A DNA stretch of 64,000 nt from an uncultured Gammaproteobacteria bacterium (GCA_963834755.1 CAWICQ010000001.1:59566-123565), one strand, 5' to 3'. Shown: positions 18,906 through 29,088, counted from the first letter of the stretch. The notes: generated by a model not told the origin, from the letters alone. Numbers and translations: made by a program.

Positions 18906-19810
18906 GGCGAACGCTGGCTGTCCGGCGGTAGTTTGTTTGCCGATTGCGCGATGACCCACGCGGCGACCAGACGAATGCGATCAGCGCCGAGCGACTTGTC
19001 CCACGCCGGCATCTGGCCGTTGCGTCCGTTGCGCACGGATGCTTCGATCGAAGCGAGATCGCCGCCGTAAAGCCACACATCGTCCGTGAGATTCGGCGCG
19101 CCGATCACCTGGTTGCCTTTGCCGTCCGGCCCGTGGCATGCGATGCACATGGTCATGAACTGCGCCTTGCCGGCGTCGGCTTTGGCCGCGTCGTGCGCTT
19201 TGCCAGACAACGAGAGCACGTACTCGGCGACGTTCTCAACGCCGGTATCGCCGAGCGCAGCGCCCCACGGCGGCATCACTCCGGTGCGACCGTTCGTGAT
19301 CGTCGCGACGATCGTGTCGGATGTGCTGCCGTACAACCAGTCGTCGTCGGTGAGGTTCGGGAAGCCGGGTCCGCCGCGGGCGGCCGAGCCGTGGCAGGCG
19401 ACGCAGTTGTTGGCGAACACGTTGTGTCCGATCTCGGTCGCCTTGGGATCGCGACTCAGCGCTTCGATCGGCCGATTGCGGAATTCGGCGAAGATGGCGT
19501 CGAGCTTGGCGTTGGCCGCTGCGACGTCGCTGTCGTGTTCCTTCGCCGATGTCCAGCCGGTGACGCCGGGGAATGCACCAAGTCCTGGATACACGACCAG
19601 GTAACCGATTCCGAACAGGATGCTGCCGACGAAGAGGCCCACCCACCAGAGCGGTAACGGCTTGTTGTATTCGGTGAGGTCTTCGTCCCAGACGTGGCCG
19701 GTGGTCTTGTCGGGCGAGCTCTTGCGCGCGTTCGCGAACAACAGCCACGCCGAACCGATGATGTTGGCGACGACGATCACGCTGATGAAAGCGCTCCAGA
19801 ACGATGTCAT
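18902..19810 (-). CDS. ccoP: cbb3-type cytochrome c oxidase subunit III
   Basis: GHVWDEDLTEY, two CxxCH (CVACH, CIACH), NLTDDDWLYG. Confidence 0.95.
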   Translation of the reverse strand: MTSFWSAFISVIVVANIIGSAWLLFANARKSSPDKTTGHVWDEDLTEYNKPLPLWWVGLFVGSILFGIGYLVVYPGLGAFPGVTGWTSAKEHDSDVAAANAKLDAIFAEFRNRPIEALSRDPKATEIGHNVFANNCVACHGSAARGGPGFPNLTDDDWLYGSTSDTIVATITNGRTGVMPPWGAALGDTGVENVAEYVLSLSGKAHDAAKADAGKAQFMTMCIACHGPDGKGNQVIGAPNLTDDVWLYGGDLASIEASVRNGRNGQMPAWDKSLGADRIRLVAAWVIAQSANKLPPDSQRSP

Positions 19811-19956
19811 GGCGTGCGCTCCGCGCGCCGAACATCGTCCACCAGCGCGAGCGCGGCGGCTTCCTCGAAACGTTGCCGCCGACCGGGCGCATAGGCCCAG
19901 GCGAAGAGTCCCAGGAACAGGACCAGCAATACGGCGATGAAGATCCCGGCGATCAT
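19807..19956 (-). CDS. ccoQ: cbb3 oxidase subunit CcoQ
   Basis: Manual translation MIAGIFIAVLLVLFLGLFAWAYAPGRRQRFEEAAAL; lies between ccoO and ccoP. Confidence 0.85.
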   Translation of the reverse strand: MIAGIFIAVLLVLFLGLFAWAYAPGRRQRFEEAAALALVDDVRRAERTP

Positions 19957-19959
19957 CGT

Positions 19960-20565
19960 CTACTCCTTGGGTGCGAACTTGCCGAGGCTTTGCAGATACG
20001 CGACGAGCGCGTCGAGCTCGGTCTTGTTGTCGACTGCGGCCTTGACCGATTTCAGATCGTCGTCCGTGTATGGATCGCCAATCGTGCGCAGCGCGCGCAT
20101 GTGCGATTCGACGGTCGCGGCATCAAGCTTGTTCTGCGCCAGCCACGGATAACCAGGCATGTTGGATTCGGGCACCACGTCGCGCGCATTCATCAGGTGC
20201 ACGCGGTGCCAGTCGTCGCTGTAGCGGCCGCCGACGCGCGCGAGATCGGGTCCCGTGCGCTTGCTGCCCCACAGGAACGGATGGTCGTAGACCGATTCGC
20301 CGGCGACCGAATAGTGACCGTAGCGCTGCGTCTCGAACGACAGCGTGCGGATCATCTGCGAATGACAGTTGTAGCAGCCTTCGCGCACGTACACGTCGCG
20401 CCCGGCAAGCTCGAGCGCCGCGGGCGGCTTGAGGCCCGGCACGGGCGTAATCGCCTGCGCCTGGTACATCAGCGGGACGATCTCGGCGAGGCCGCCGAAG
20501 CTGATCGCGACGGCGATCAGCACGGCAAGGAGACCGACGTTCTTCTCGATCGTGGCGTGGTTCAC
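19960..20565 (-). CDS. ccoO: cbb3 oxidase subunit II
   Basis: [28 protein letters not shown]. Confidence 0.95.
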   Translation of the reverse strand: MNHATIEKNVGLLAVLIAVAISFGGLAEIVPLMYQAQAITPVPGLKPPAALELAGRDVYVREGCYNCHSQMIRTLSFETQRYGHYSVAGESVYDHPFLWGSKRTGPDLARVGGRYSDDWHRVHLMNARDVVPESNMPGYPWLAQNKLDAATVESHMRALRTIGDPYTDDDLKSVKAAVDNKTELDALVAYLQSLGKFAPKE

Positions 20566-20574
20566 GGCAAGTCC

Positions 20575-21999
20575 TCAGGCGGCGACCGCGGTCGGAATGA
20601 GCACGGGTTCTGGTGTGCGCGACGTGGCCCAGGTCTTCCAGGTGTTCCAGGCCATCATCAGCATGCCGCTGAGATAGAGCAGGCCGCCGACGAGGCGCAC
20701 GTAGTAGAACGGATAGGTCTGTTTGAGCGCTTCGACGAACGTGTAGGTCAGCGTGCCGTCCGGATTCGTCGCTCGCCACATCAGGCCCTGCATGATGCCG
20801 GCCGTCCACATCGCCGCGATGTAGAGCACGACGCCGATCGTCGCGACCCAGAAGTGCGTTTCGACCAGGCGCGTCGAATACATCTGCTTGGTGCCGCGCA
20901 AACGCGGGATCAGGCAATAGAGCGAACCGATGGTGATGAAGCCGACCCAGCCGAGCGCGCCGGAGTGCACGTGGCCGATCGTCCAGTCGGTGTAGTGCGA
21001 AAGCGAATTGACGGTCTTGATCGACATCATCGGCCCTTCGAAGGTCGACATGCCGTAGAACGACAGCGCGACGATCATGAATTTCAGGACCGGATCCGTG
21101 CGCAGCTTGTGCCACGCGCCCGACAGCGTGAGGATGCCGTTGAGCATGCCGCCCCATGACGGCGCGAGCAGGATCAGCGAAAACACCATGCCGAGCGACT
21201 GCGCCCAGTCCGGCAGCGCGGTGTAGTGCAGATGATGCGGGCCCGCCCACATGTAGATCGCGATCAGTGCCCAGAAGTGGACGACCGAAAGGCGATACGA
21301 ATAGATCGGACGCTCGGCTTGCTTCGGCACGAAGTAGTACATCATTCCGAGGAATCCAGCGGTCAGGAAGAAACCGACCGCGTTGTGGCCGTACCACCAC
21401 TCCACCATCGCGTCGACGGCGCCGGAGTAGACGATGTACGACTTCGTAAGCGACACCGGAATCGCGACGTTGTTGACGACGTGCAGAACGGCGATCGTGA
21501 TGATGTACGCGCCGTAGAACCAGTTGGCGACGTAGATGTGCTTGACGCGTCGCGTCGCCAGCGTGCCGAAGAAGACGACGGCGAACGCGATCCAGACAAT
21601 CGTGATTAGAATGTCGATGAACCACTCGGGCTCGGCGTATTCCTTGTTCTGCTGGATGCCGAGCGGCAGCGTGATCGCGACGAGCACGATCACGGTCTGC
21701 CATCCCCAGAATGTAAACGCGGCGAGCTTGTCGCTGAACAGGCGCACTTGAGACGTGCGCTGCACGACGTAGTACGCCGTCGCGAACAGACCGCAGCCGC
21801 CGAACGCGAAGATCACCGCATTCGTGTGCAGCGGGCGCAGGCGGCTGTAGGTCAGCCATGGAATGTCGAAATTGAGCGCCGGCCACGCGAGCTGCGCCGC
21901 GATCAGCGCGCCGACGAGCATGCCGACGATGCCCCAGAAGATGGTTGCGATCGTGAACTGGCGTACGACGCGATCGTTGTAGGTCTCGACGGCTTGCAT
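20575..21999 (-). CDS. ccoN: cbb3 oxidase catalytic subunit I
   Basis: [38 protein letters not shown]. Confidence 0.97.
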   Translation of the reverse strand: MQAVETYNDRVVRQFTIATIFWGIVGMLVGALIAAQLAWPALNFDIPWLTYSRLRPLHTNAVIFAFGGCGLFATAYYVVQRTSQVRLFSDKLAAFTFWGWQTVIVLVAITLPLGIQQNKEYAEPEWFIDILITIVWIAFAVVFFGTLATRRVKHIYVANWFYGAYIITIAVLHVVNNVAIPVSLTKSYIVYSGAVDAMVEWWYGHNAVGFFLTAGFLGMMYYFVPKQAERPIYSYRLSVVHFWALIAIYMWAGPHHLHYTALPDWAQSLGMVFSLILLAPSWGGMLNGILTLSGAWHKLRTDPVLKFMIVALSFYGMSTFEGPMMSIKTVNSLSHYTDWTIGHVHSGALGWVGFITIGSLYCLIPRLRGTKQMYSTRLVETHFWVATIGVVLYIAAMWTAGIMQGLMWRATNPDGTLTYTFVEALKQTYPFYYVRLVGGLLYLSGMLMMAWNTWKTWATSRTPEPVLIPTAVAA

Positions 22000-22051
22000 G
22001 TAGGGCCTCCCGGTCTTTGCGGGAGGTTAGGCGGAGGCCCTTCGTCCGTTC

Positions 22052-22065
22052 TTGATCCTGATCAA
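22052..22065. promoter_or_regulatory. FNR/FixK box upstream of ccoN
   Basis: Perfect TTGAT-CCTG-ATCAA, centred about 59 nt upstream of the ccoN ATG. Confidence 0.9.
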
Positions 22066-22256
22066 GTGCACCTGCTCTCGCGATGTCGTGATCGCCGCAC
22101 TCCCTCGCAACACGAATGATCCGTGCACTTTGCGACAGACACGGCGCTGATGATCCTGGGCAGCACGCTTCGCGCCGCATGCGCGCTTGATGCCTGAGCC
22201 TGGAACGGCCGTCGCGTTGTTGGGCCGCCGTCGAGTGAAGGCGCAGCGTGATTCAG

Positions 22257-23081
22257 TCAGTGCCGCAGGAACACCGGAATCTCTGCCTCGACCAGCACAT
22301 GGCGCGTCGCGCCACCGAATATCCATTCGCTGAATCGTGCGCGTCCGTACGCGCCCATCACCAGCATGTCGGCGTGCAGTGCCGAAGCCGCGGCCAACAA
22401 GGCCTTTCCGGCGTCGTCATCGGGGGTTTCCAAATCGCGTCTCTCGAAGACAAGACCGTGATTGTGCAGATATGCATCGAGCTCGAATTCCGGCTTCCAA
22501 CCCATCTCGCTGAAATGCTCGCGGCGTTCCCCGGCGAGAACGACGATGCGTTTGGCGCGCGCCAATATCGGTCGCGCGGCATGAATCGCGCGGATCGCCT
22601 CGGGCGAACCATTCCACGCGAGCACGACGCAGTCGAATCGCGGCTCGCTGACGCCCGGCGGGACGATGATGCACGGCATCCTGCTGCCGAGGACGGCGCT
22701 GCCGAGCGTCGCCGCAGTGCCGACGCTCGTGTCGGGGTCGCGTCCGAGCACGACCACATCGTGCCAATTGCCCAGGTGCGCCAACACGCTCGCCAAACTA
22801 CCCTCGGCCACCTGCCACAGCGCTTTTCGCACCGAGAGCTCGGCTGCTCGCGCGCCGAATGCGGCGCCGCCGCCGCAAGCCTGCTCCTCGAGCTCGCGTA
22901 TTTCCTCGATGATCGTCGAAAAAAGTTGCGGGGCATCGTACGGAGGCATCGTGCCGACCGGCGAAGGACAGACAAACACGCCGGTGACGCGCCCTTCGAA
23001 CGATGCGGCAAGGCGCATCGCGTAGTCCATGCTCGGCGTGCATACGGTGAAATTGTCGGCGTAAACCAGGAAGTCGCGCAT
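22257..23081 (-). CDS. Tandem-domain universal stress protein
   Basis: VLAWNGSPEAIRA, DMLVMGAYGRARFSEWIFGGATRHVL. Confidence 0.9.
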   Translation of the reverse strand: MRDFLVYADNFTVCTPSMDYAMRLAASFEGRVTGVFVCPSPVGTMPPYDAPQLFSTIIEEIRELEEQACGGGAAFGARAAELSVRKALWQVAEGSLASVLAHLGNWHDVVVLGRDPDTSVGTAATLGSAVLGSRMPCIIVPPGVSEPRFDCVVLAWNGSPEAIRAIHAARPILARAKRIVVLAGERREHFSEMGWKPEFELDAYLHNHGLVFERRDLETPDDDAGKALLAAASALHADMLVMGAYGRARFSEWIFGGATRHVLVEAEIPVFLRH

Positions 23082-23135
23082 GACGGCTGCTCCTGCGAAC
23101 CTGCAGCAGCCTAGTTCCGCTTCCAAGGCTCGATG

Positions 23136-23149
23136 CTGATCCTGATCAA
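23136..23149. promoter_or_regulatory. FNR/FixK box (1 mismatch) for the leftward USP
   Basis: CTGAT-CCTG-ATCAA, centred about 61 nt from the ATG at 23081. Confidence 0.75.
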
Positions 23150-23172
23150 GCCGGTGCAAGATCGCGCTCGAC

Positions 23173-23186
23173 TTGACGAGGATCAC
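23173..23186. promoter_or_regulatory. FNR/FixK-like box (2 mismatches) for the rightward USP
   Basis: TTGAC-GAGG-ATCAC, centred about 65 nt before the ATG at 23245. Confidence 0.55.
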
Positions 23187-23244
23187 ATGGCGCTATTCGG
23201 GACCGGGCTAGGTTCACCAGGTGTCCACTCAAGAGCATGCTGTC

Positions 23245-23682
23245 ATGTTCAGGCACATCCTGTTGCCGATCGATGGGTCCGAGCTTTCGGAGAAGGCCGT
23301 GCGTTCCGGCGTGCGTCTGGCCAAGACGTTCGGCGCGAGCGTCACGGCGTTCCACATGAAGCCCAAGGTGGATGGTTTCACGGCGATGATGAATGGCTTC
23401 GAGAAGACGCCAGGCGACTACGCCGAGGATGCCGAGAGGCGATCGAAGACGCTCCTTTCGTACGTCAGCCGCGCCGCCAAGGCGGCAGGTGTCGACTGCG
23501 ACGTCGTGAGCTCGACCGGCCACGATCCGTTCAAGGAGATCATCAAAGTGGCGACTGCGAGAAAATGCGATCTCGTCGTCATGGGCTCGCACGGACGGCG
23601 CGGCATCGAAGCCGTGCTGATGGGAAGCGAAACGCACAAACTGCTCACGCACAGTCGCGTTCCGGTGCTTGTGTACCGCTGA
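23245..23682 (+). CDS. Universal stress protein
   Basis: ILLPIDGS...DLVVMGSHGRRG...LMGSET. An alternative GTG start exists at 23221. Confidence 0.92.
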   Translation: MFRHILLPIDGSELSEKAVRSGVRLAKTFGASVTAFHMKPKVDGFTAMMNGFEKTPGDYAEDAERRSKTLLSYVSRAAKAAGVDCDVVSSTGHDPFKEIIKVATARKCDLVVMGSHGRRGIEAVLMGSETHKLLTHSRVPVLVYR

Positions 23683-23760
23683 GGACGCAGTGCGTATGAC
23701 GATCCCGAATTCATCGCGGACCCGCTGTCGATGCTTCTTCGGATTCCGCGCGGCGGCGGG

Positions 23761-23774
23761 TTGATCTGGATCAA
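23761..23774. promoter_or_regulatory. FNR/FixK box upstream of the BON gene
   Basis: Perfect TTGAT-CTGG-ATCAA, centred about 64 nt before the ATG at 23832. Confidence 0.9.
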
Positions 23775-23831
23775 CACAATCCGCGTGCGGCTGACACAGG
23801 CTGATGCCGTATTCAATACGGAGGCGTCAAC

Positions 23832-24488
23832 ATGAATGCGAAGACCGATCGCCAGCTGCAGAAGGACGTCATGGAGGAGCTGGCCTGGGATCCCGCGATC
23901 GAAGCGAATCGAATCGGCGTCGACGTCGAGGACGGCATCGTAAGCCTGTCCGGCCATGTGCGCAGCTACGCGGAAAAATGCAACGCCGAGAAGGCCGCCC
24001 AACGCATCGCGGGCGTGAAAGGAGTCGTCGTCGATCTCAGCGTCGCGCTGCCGGGCGGAGCGGAGCACAGCGACGCGGAGCTCGCCAAGCGAGTGATCTC
24101 GGCGCTCGAGTGGAGCATTTCGGTGCCGCGGGATACGGTCAAGATACGCGTCGAAGAGGGTTGGGTCACATTGACGGGCGATGTCGATTGGGCGTACGTG
24201 CGCGATGCGGCCGAGTCGTGCGTGCGCAGCCTCATCGGCATCAAAGGTGTCGTCAACAAGATCGACGTGCATCCCAAAGTGGCGCTCGAGCACGTGAAAG
24301 CGAAGATTGAGGCCGCGCTGCAACGCCGGGCGCACGCGGACGTGGACGGAATTACCGTGACCGCGAAGGACGGTATCGTTACGCTCACCGGTTGCGTCGA
24401 TTCGCTCGCCGAGCGTCTTACGATGGAAAGTGCCGCGTGGAACACGCCCGGCGTGCGTAAAGTCGTCGACAATCTCACCATCACCTGA
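23832..24488 (+). CDS. Triple BON-domain protein (OsmY-like)
   Basis: Three repeats of G.V.L.G.V motifs; GVRKVVDNL end; no signal peptide. Confidence 0.9.
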   Translation: MNAKTDRQLQKDVMEELAWDPAIEANRIGVDVEDGIVSLSGHVRSYAEKCNAEKAAQRIAGVKGVVVDLSVALPGGAEHSDAELAKRVISALEWSISVPRDTVKIRVEEGWVTLTGDVDWAYVRDAAESCVRSLIGIKGVVNKIDVHPKVALEHVKAKIEAALQRRAHADVDGITVTAKDGIVTLTGCVDSLAERLTMESAAWNTPGVRKVVDNLTIT

Positions 24489-24509
24489 GGCGGCCCGCGC
24501 CGATCCGAC

Positions 24510-24974
24510 ATGTACAAACGCCTTCTGGTCTGCACCGATGGTTCGCCTCTCGCGCAGAGTGCTGCGCGGGAAGGCGTGAAGCTCGCTGCATCGCTGCGCG
24601 CGCGCGTCGTCGCGTTGCTCGTGACGCCGCCGTTCGAGCCGCCGAAGGGGTACGAATCATCGCCACTTGCTGCACAGATCCGACAGCACGAGCGCGAAAG
24701 CAAGGCGATGGCCGCGCGCTGTCTTGACGCCATCGCGCGCGAGGCCAAAGAGCTCGGCATAGTGTGCAAGACGCGGCACGTCGGCAAGTACCCGCCCGCG
24801 GCGACGATCGTCGAGACCGCGGCGGAGGAGAAGTGCGATCTCATCGTGATGGGCTCGCACGGCCACGGCGCGCTCGGACAGCTCTTCGTCGGATCGGTGA
24901 CGACACGCGTGGCAGCGACATGCTCGGTGCCCTTGCTGATCGTGCGCCCGCGCGCTGGCAAGGGTAGGAAATAG
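24510..24974 (+). CDS. Universal stress protein
   Basis: LVCTDGS...DLIVMGSHGHG...VGSVT. Confidence 0.92.
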   Translation: MYKRLLVCTDGSPLAQSAAREGVKLAASLRARVVALLVTPPFEPPKGYESSPLAAQIRQHERESKAMAARCLDAIAREAKELGIVCKTRHVGKYPPAATIVETAAEEKCDLIVMGSHGHGALGQLFVGSVTTRVAATCSVPLLIVRPRAGKGRK

Positions 24975-25000
24975 GCTAGGAAAGAAATAGGCGACGAACG

Positions 25001-25915
25001 TCACCCACGCGGAGCGGCGTCACCGATGCGCTCGAGCTGACGCAGGATCGGTGGCGCCAGAACCGGCACGATGTCAATCGCATTGGTCGGATGTGGGATC
25101 GTATTCGTCGTGACAACGCGTCCAACGCCCGCGTCGAGAATTTCCTGATACGCATCTGCCGCGAAGATGCCGTGCACGGCGACGCAAGCCGGCGCCGCTG
25201 GCGTCGCGACACGCAGACGTCTGACGACTTGCATGAGCGTTCGCCCTGACGAGATGATGTCATCGACGATCACGGGCGTGCGTCCTTCGATCTCGGCGGT
25301 CGGCAGCGAACAGACTTCGACCTCGCGGTCACCGAGCCGCTGCTTGCTGAGCGCCAAGATGGGCGCCCCGATCGCGACGCCGAGTGGCTGCACCCACTGC
25401 GCGCTCTCGTCGTCGGGACCGATCAGGATCGGATTCGCGACATTGGCCCGAATCCATTCGCCGATCGGCGGTATCGCCGTGACATGTTCGACTGGAATGC
25501 CGAACAGCGCGCCGAGATCGTGGCGCCGGTGCAGGTGAGGATCGACCGTGACCAGCCAGTCGAAAATCGACGACAGGAATGAAGCGAAATGCGCCGACGC
25601 AAGAGCTTCGCCGGGATGGAAGCGCGCGTCCTGGCGCATATACGCAAGATACGGTGCAGCAAGTCCGACCGAACGCGCGCCGAGCTCGCGCGCCGTGCGC
25701 GCGGCGAACAGCAGCGGTAATGCGAGCGGATCGGGATCTCGAAGCGTGCCGACAATGACGACGTCGCGCCCGCGGCATTCGCCTTCGAGAGCGAGCAGCG
25801 ATTCACCGTCGGGAAAATGTCTCCATCGCAGCGTTCCCATCTGCGCGCCCAACCGCTCGCAGAGGTGTGCGGCGAGCTGATCGACGCGTGGGAATGCGAA
25901 CAGGATCGGCGTCAT
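25001..25915 (-). CDS. Ribose-phosphate pyrophosphokinase paralogue
   Basis: FPDGE, PYLAYMRQD, DPHLH, GPD, VDDIISSGRT. Confidence 0.9.
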   Translation of the reverse strand: MTPILFAFPRVDQLAAHLCERLGAQMGTLRWRHFPDGESLLALEGECRGRDVVIVGTLRDPDPLALPLLFAARTARELGARSVGLAAPYLAYMRQDARFHPGEALASAHFASFLSSIFDWLVTVDPHLHRRHDLGALFGIPVEHVTAIPPIGEWIRANVANPILIGPDDESAQWVQPLGVAIGAPILALSKQRLGDREVEVCSLPTAEIEGRTPVIVDDIISSGRTLMQVVRRLRVATPAAPACVAVHGIFAADAYQEILDAGVGRVVTTNTIPHPTNAIDIVPVLAPPILRQLERIGDAAPRG

Positions 25916-27429
25916 GATCCTTCGCCGATGCGCAGCAGCGCCGCATGTTGATCGAGATACGCTCGTGCGTAATCGAGTTCGCCGGCCGATTCGGCGTGCA
26001 GCGTGAGCAACGGTTCGCCGACGTTTACCCTGGCGCCGAGCGGCGTATTCAGCACCAGCCCAGCCGCGGCATCGCGCGGCGCGCCGGCGAGTTTGGCCAC
26101 CTTGGCGAGCTTGCGATTGTCGATCTCCTCGACGATGCCATCGCGCGTCGCGAGGAATTCGAATCGGTACGCTGCGACGGGCGGCTCATGCATGCCACCT
26201 TGCGCAAGGCAGATCGCTTCGAACTTGCGCAAGGCAGCACCCGAGCGCAGCAGATGTTCGGCTCTGCTCCTGTTGATGCCGGGCGTCGTCGAGTCGAAGT
26301 CGAGCACTTTCGCTGCGAGCTCGAGCGCGCGCTCCCGCAGATCAGCCGGCGCATCGTCTGCGTTGCGCAGCACGCGCAGGACATCCCAGGCTTCGAGCGC
26401 CGGACCGATGCCGCGCCCGATCGGCTGACGTCCGTCGCAGACATGCACGGCAATGTGAAGGCCGATTGCGCCACCGACATCGACGAGCCGCTTGCCGAGC
26501 ACCGCAGCGGCGTCGAGGCTGCGGACCTTGGCCGTCGGTCCGACGGGAACGTCGATCACGACGTGCGTGGAGCCAGCCGCTTTCTTCTTCGACAGCACGC
26601 TTGCAGTGAGCTGCGCATCGCTGTCGAAGTCGAGCGGGCGCTCCACGCGAATCAGTACGTCGTCGGCCGGGCTCAGGCTGACCGCGCCGCCCCAGACGAT
26701 GCAGCCGCCTTCGCGCTCAACGACACGGCGCATTGCCGGAAGATCGAGATCGACCTTGGTCAGCGTCGCCATGGTGTCGGCTGTTCCTGCCGGCGAGGTG
26801 ATCGCGCGCGACGATGTCTTCGGGATCAGCGAACCGGCCGCGGCGACGATCGCAACGACGATCGGTGTCGTCCGGTTGCCCGGCAGTCCGCCGACGCTGT
26901 GCTTGTCCAGCACCGGCGAGCGCGACCATTCGATCCGCTCGCCGACGCCGACCATCGCTTCGGTCAATGCGATATTTTCCTTGAGGTCAAACGCCGGGCC
27001 CGCGCAAGCCGCGATGAATGCGGCCAGTTCGATGTCCGAGAGCCGCCCGTCGATTGCATCGCGAAGGAGGCGTTCGTATTGGCCGCGATCGAGCGCGTGT
27101 CCGAACACTTTTGAGCGCAGATCGCTCGCCGATTCGGCCGGCTGGGGATATTCGAAAGTCACCCGCTCCCCATCGTGCGCACCAAGGCGACGCCACGCCG
27201 CCTCCGAGAGTCCGGCCGTGAACGCATCCAGCCATGTGCCGGTGACGACGTTCAGTGTCGCCACGATGCTGCGCTCACCAAGACAGATGCGAATGCGCGA
27301 CAGCGACTCGAAACCGATCGACTTGCACACCGAGCATTCGCGATTCAGGTAGACGACGGATTCCTGATACGTGTCGACGCCGAGTCGTCGAACCTGGAGC
27401 TGCGTTGTGACGGGGATGGCAGCACCCAT
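25912..27429 (-). CDS. AMP/thymidine phosphorylase family, archaeal AMP-phosphorylase-like
   Basis: Extra N-terminal domain of about 85 aa plus DKHSVGGLPGNRTT and PKTSSRAITSPAGTAD; about 505 aa. Confidence 0.88.
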   Translation of the reverse strand: MGAAIPVTTQLQVRRLGVDTYQESVVYLNRECSVCKSIGFESLSRIRICLGERSIVATLNVVTGTWLDAFTAGLSEAAWRRLGAHDGERVTFEYPQPAESASDLRSKVFGHALDRGQYERLLRDAIDGRLSDIELAAFIAACAGPAFDLKENIALTEAMVGVGERIEWSRSPVLDKHSVGGLPGNRTTPIVVAIVAAAGSLIPKTSSRAITSPAGTADTMATLTKVDLDLPAMRRVVEREGGCIVWGGAVSLSPADDVLIRVERPLDFDSDAQLTASVLSKKKAAGSTHVVIDVPVGPTAKVRSLDAAAVLGKRLVDVGGAIGLHIAVHVCDGRQPIGRGIGPALEAWDVLRVLRNADDAPADLRERALELAAKVLDFDSTTPGINRSRAEHLLRSGAALRKFEAICLAQGGMHEPPVAAYRFEFLATRDGIVEEIDNRKLAKVAKLAGAPRDAAAGLVLNTPLGARVNVGEPLLTLHAESAGELDYARAYLDQHAALLRIGEGS

Positions 27430-27434
27430 CGCCC

Positions 27435-28253
27435 TCAGCCCTTGAGATAGAGCGGCACGCCGGCGTGTTGCAGGAGATAGCGCGGGATGGGATCGAGGTG
27501 CACGTCGCCGAATCGACTCTTGCCCGGAGCACCCGCGACGACAAGATCCACGCGATGACGAGACGCTGCTTCGAGCAGCGCGTCGGCGGCCTCGTCCGCG
27601 CCTGCATCCAGCTCCTCGAGCTCGATCGCGATGCCATGTTTTGCAAGGTGATGCAGCGGGTCGAATGGCGGGCGTCCGTCGGGTCGTTCCACCGGCCAGT
27701 TCCCGCGCAGCAGAACGACGCAGGTCGCCCTGCCGAGCAGTGGAAGCGCTTCGTGCAGCGCGCGGATCGAAGCGGACGAACCATCGTAGACGAGCGCGAT
27801 GCGCTCGAGCCGGCCGATTGCGTAGGTCGCTTCCGGCACCACGATGCAGGCGAATCCGGACAGCAGCGTTTCGCTGATCAAGTCGATCGCTCGCTCGGCT
27901 TCGGCGTTCGGCCGCTCGAACACGACGACGTCGCTCCAGTTGGCGGCGACGCCTACAACATTCGCCGCATCGCCGAGTGCGACCTGCCACTGCGCTCTCT
28001 GCACGCCGAATTGCCGCGCCCACGTGGCGAAGCGCGGTCCGGCCAGCATGGCGGCCTGCACTTCGTCCTGCGCGTAGGCGATCAACTCCGCACCGATCGA
28101 TGCCGGCATGCCGCTCGGTGTCCGTAACGGCAACCGCGGCGCGACGTGAATGCCGGTCAACGACGCGTCGACGGTCGCCGCAAGCTCCGCCGCATAGCGG
28201 GCGCCGGGCGACCACGTATGGATGTCGGCGCAATAGGCGAGGATATCCTGCAC
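27435..28253 (-). CDS. Tandem-domain universal stress protein (divergent)
   Basis: MQDILAY, LVYDGSSASIRALHEALP, DLVVAGAPG. Confidence 0.85.
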   Translation of the reverse strand: MQDILAYCADIHTWSPGARYAAELAATVDASLTGIHVAPRLPLRTPSGMPASIGAELIAYAQDEVQAAMLAGPRFATWARQFGVQRAQWQVALGDAANVVGVAANWSDVVVFERPNAEAERAIDLISETLLSGFACIVVPEATYAIGRLERIALVYDGSSASIRALHEALPLLGRATCVVLLRGNWPVERPDGRPPFDPLHHLAKHGIAIELEELDAGADEAADALLEAASRHRVDLVVAGAPGKSRFGDVHLDPIPRYLLQHAGVPLYLKG

Positions 28254-28263
28254 GCGCGCCGCT

Positions 28264-28995
28264 TCACTGCAGTTTCAGAGTATGGATGACCTGTCTTGGA
28301 TCATCCGGATCGGTCTTGCGACGGAAACCGAAGAACTTGGCCAGATCGCGCATGCCCGTGTTGCCGACCTCGTCGATCGACATCATCGATCGCACACCGC
28401 GCGATCGCGCGACTTCGATCAGATGCCGCATCAGCAATGCGCCGAGTCCGCGGTTGCGCCATTCGTCACTCACGGTGACAGCGCATTCTGAGGTCTTGCC
28501 GTCCTTGCTCGTGCTGTAGCGTGCGACGCCGATTTCGACCTTCTCGCCGTCGCGGTGGATCAGCGCGACGAACGCCATGTCGCGCCGATAGTCGATGTCG
28601 GTCAGGTTGTGAATCAGCTCATCGCTCGGCTCGTTCATCTGGCCGAGAAAGCGCAGACGCCGCGATTCCGGCGAAAGGCGTTTGATGAAAGCCCGCTCAA
28701 GTGCTGCGTCTTCCTTGTGGATCGGGCGGATCAGAATGCGCGTGCCGTCTGCGAGCGTCTCGGTCCATCGCGGATCGTCACGTGACGGAGCGGTCGTGAC
28801 GAGCGCCTTGGCGGGTTTTCCTACCGGACGCGGCGCTTTCGGCTTGCGCGCCGACGCGTTGGATTTTGCCTTCGCGGCGGTCTTGCGTCGCATGGGTTTC
28901 GCGACGGTCTTGCTGCGGCGCGACCGCGCACTGTCGGTCGTCTTGGCCTTCACGGAAGCGCGGCGGCGCGGGGTACGGGTCGAACGGGTGGCCAT
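28264..28995 (-). CDS. GNAT acetyltransferase with a Lys/Arg/Ala-rich N-terminal tail
   Basis: AAGGAG RBS. Core LADG..ILIRPI..ED...LSPESRRLRF...IGVARY...WRNRGLG resembles the Pat/YfiQ GNAT domain. Confidence 0.85.
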   Translation of the reverse strand: MATRSTRTPRRRASVKAKTTDSARSRRSKTVAKPMRRKTAAKAKSNASARKPKAPRPVGKPAKALVTTAPSRDDPRWTETLADGTRILIRPIHKEDAALERAFIKRLSPESRRLRFLGQMNEPSDELIHNLTDIDYRRDMAFVALIHRDGEKVEIGVARYSTSKDGKTSECAVTVSDEWRNRGLGALLMRHLIEVARSRGVRSMMSIDEVGNTGMRDLAKFFGFRRKTDPDDPRQVIHTLKLQ

Positions 28996-29049
28996 GGCGG
29001 CATCTCCTTGAAGCGTGCCGTCACTATGGCCCGGTCGCGCAGCGGGCAA

Positions 29050-29063
29050 TTGATCCACGTCAT
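29050..29063. promoter_or_regulatory. FNR/FixK-like box (2 mismatches) upstream of the GNAT
   Basis: TTGAT-CCAC-GTCAT, centred about 61 nt from the ATG at 28995. Confidence 0.55.
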
Positions 29064-29088
29064 CCGCCGGCGAGATTCGCCCTTCGGG

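Noticed and set aside
25912-28233. 773-aa ORF suggesting a long N-terminal fusion on the phosphorylase
   Set aside because: The upstream part is an off-frame read-through of the USP gene (27435-28253); real homology begins at ATG 27429.
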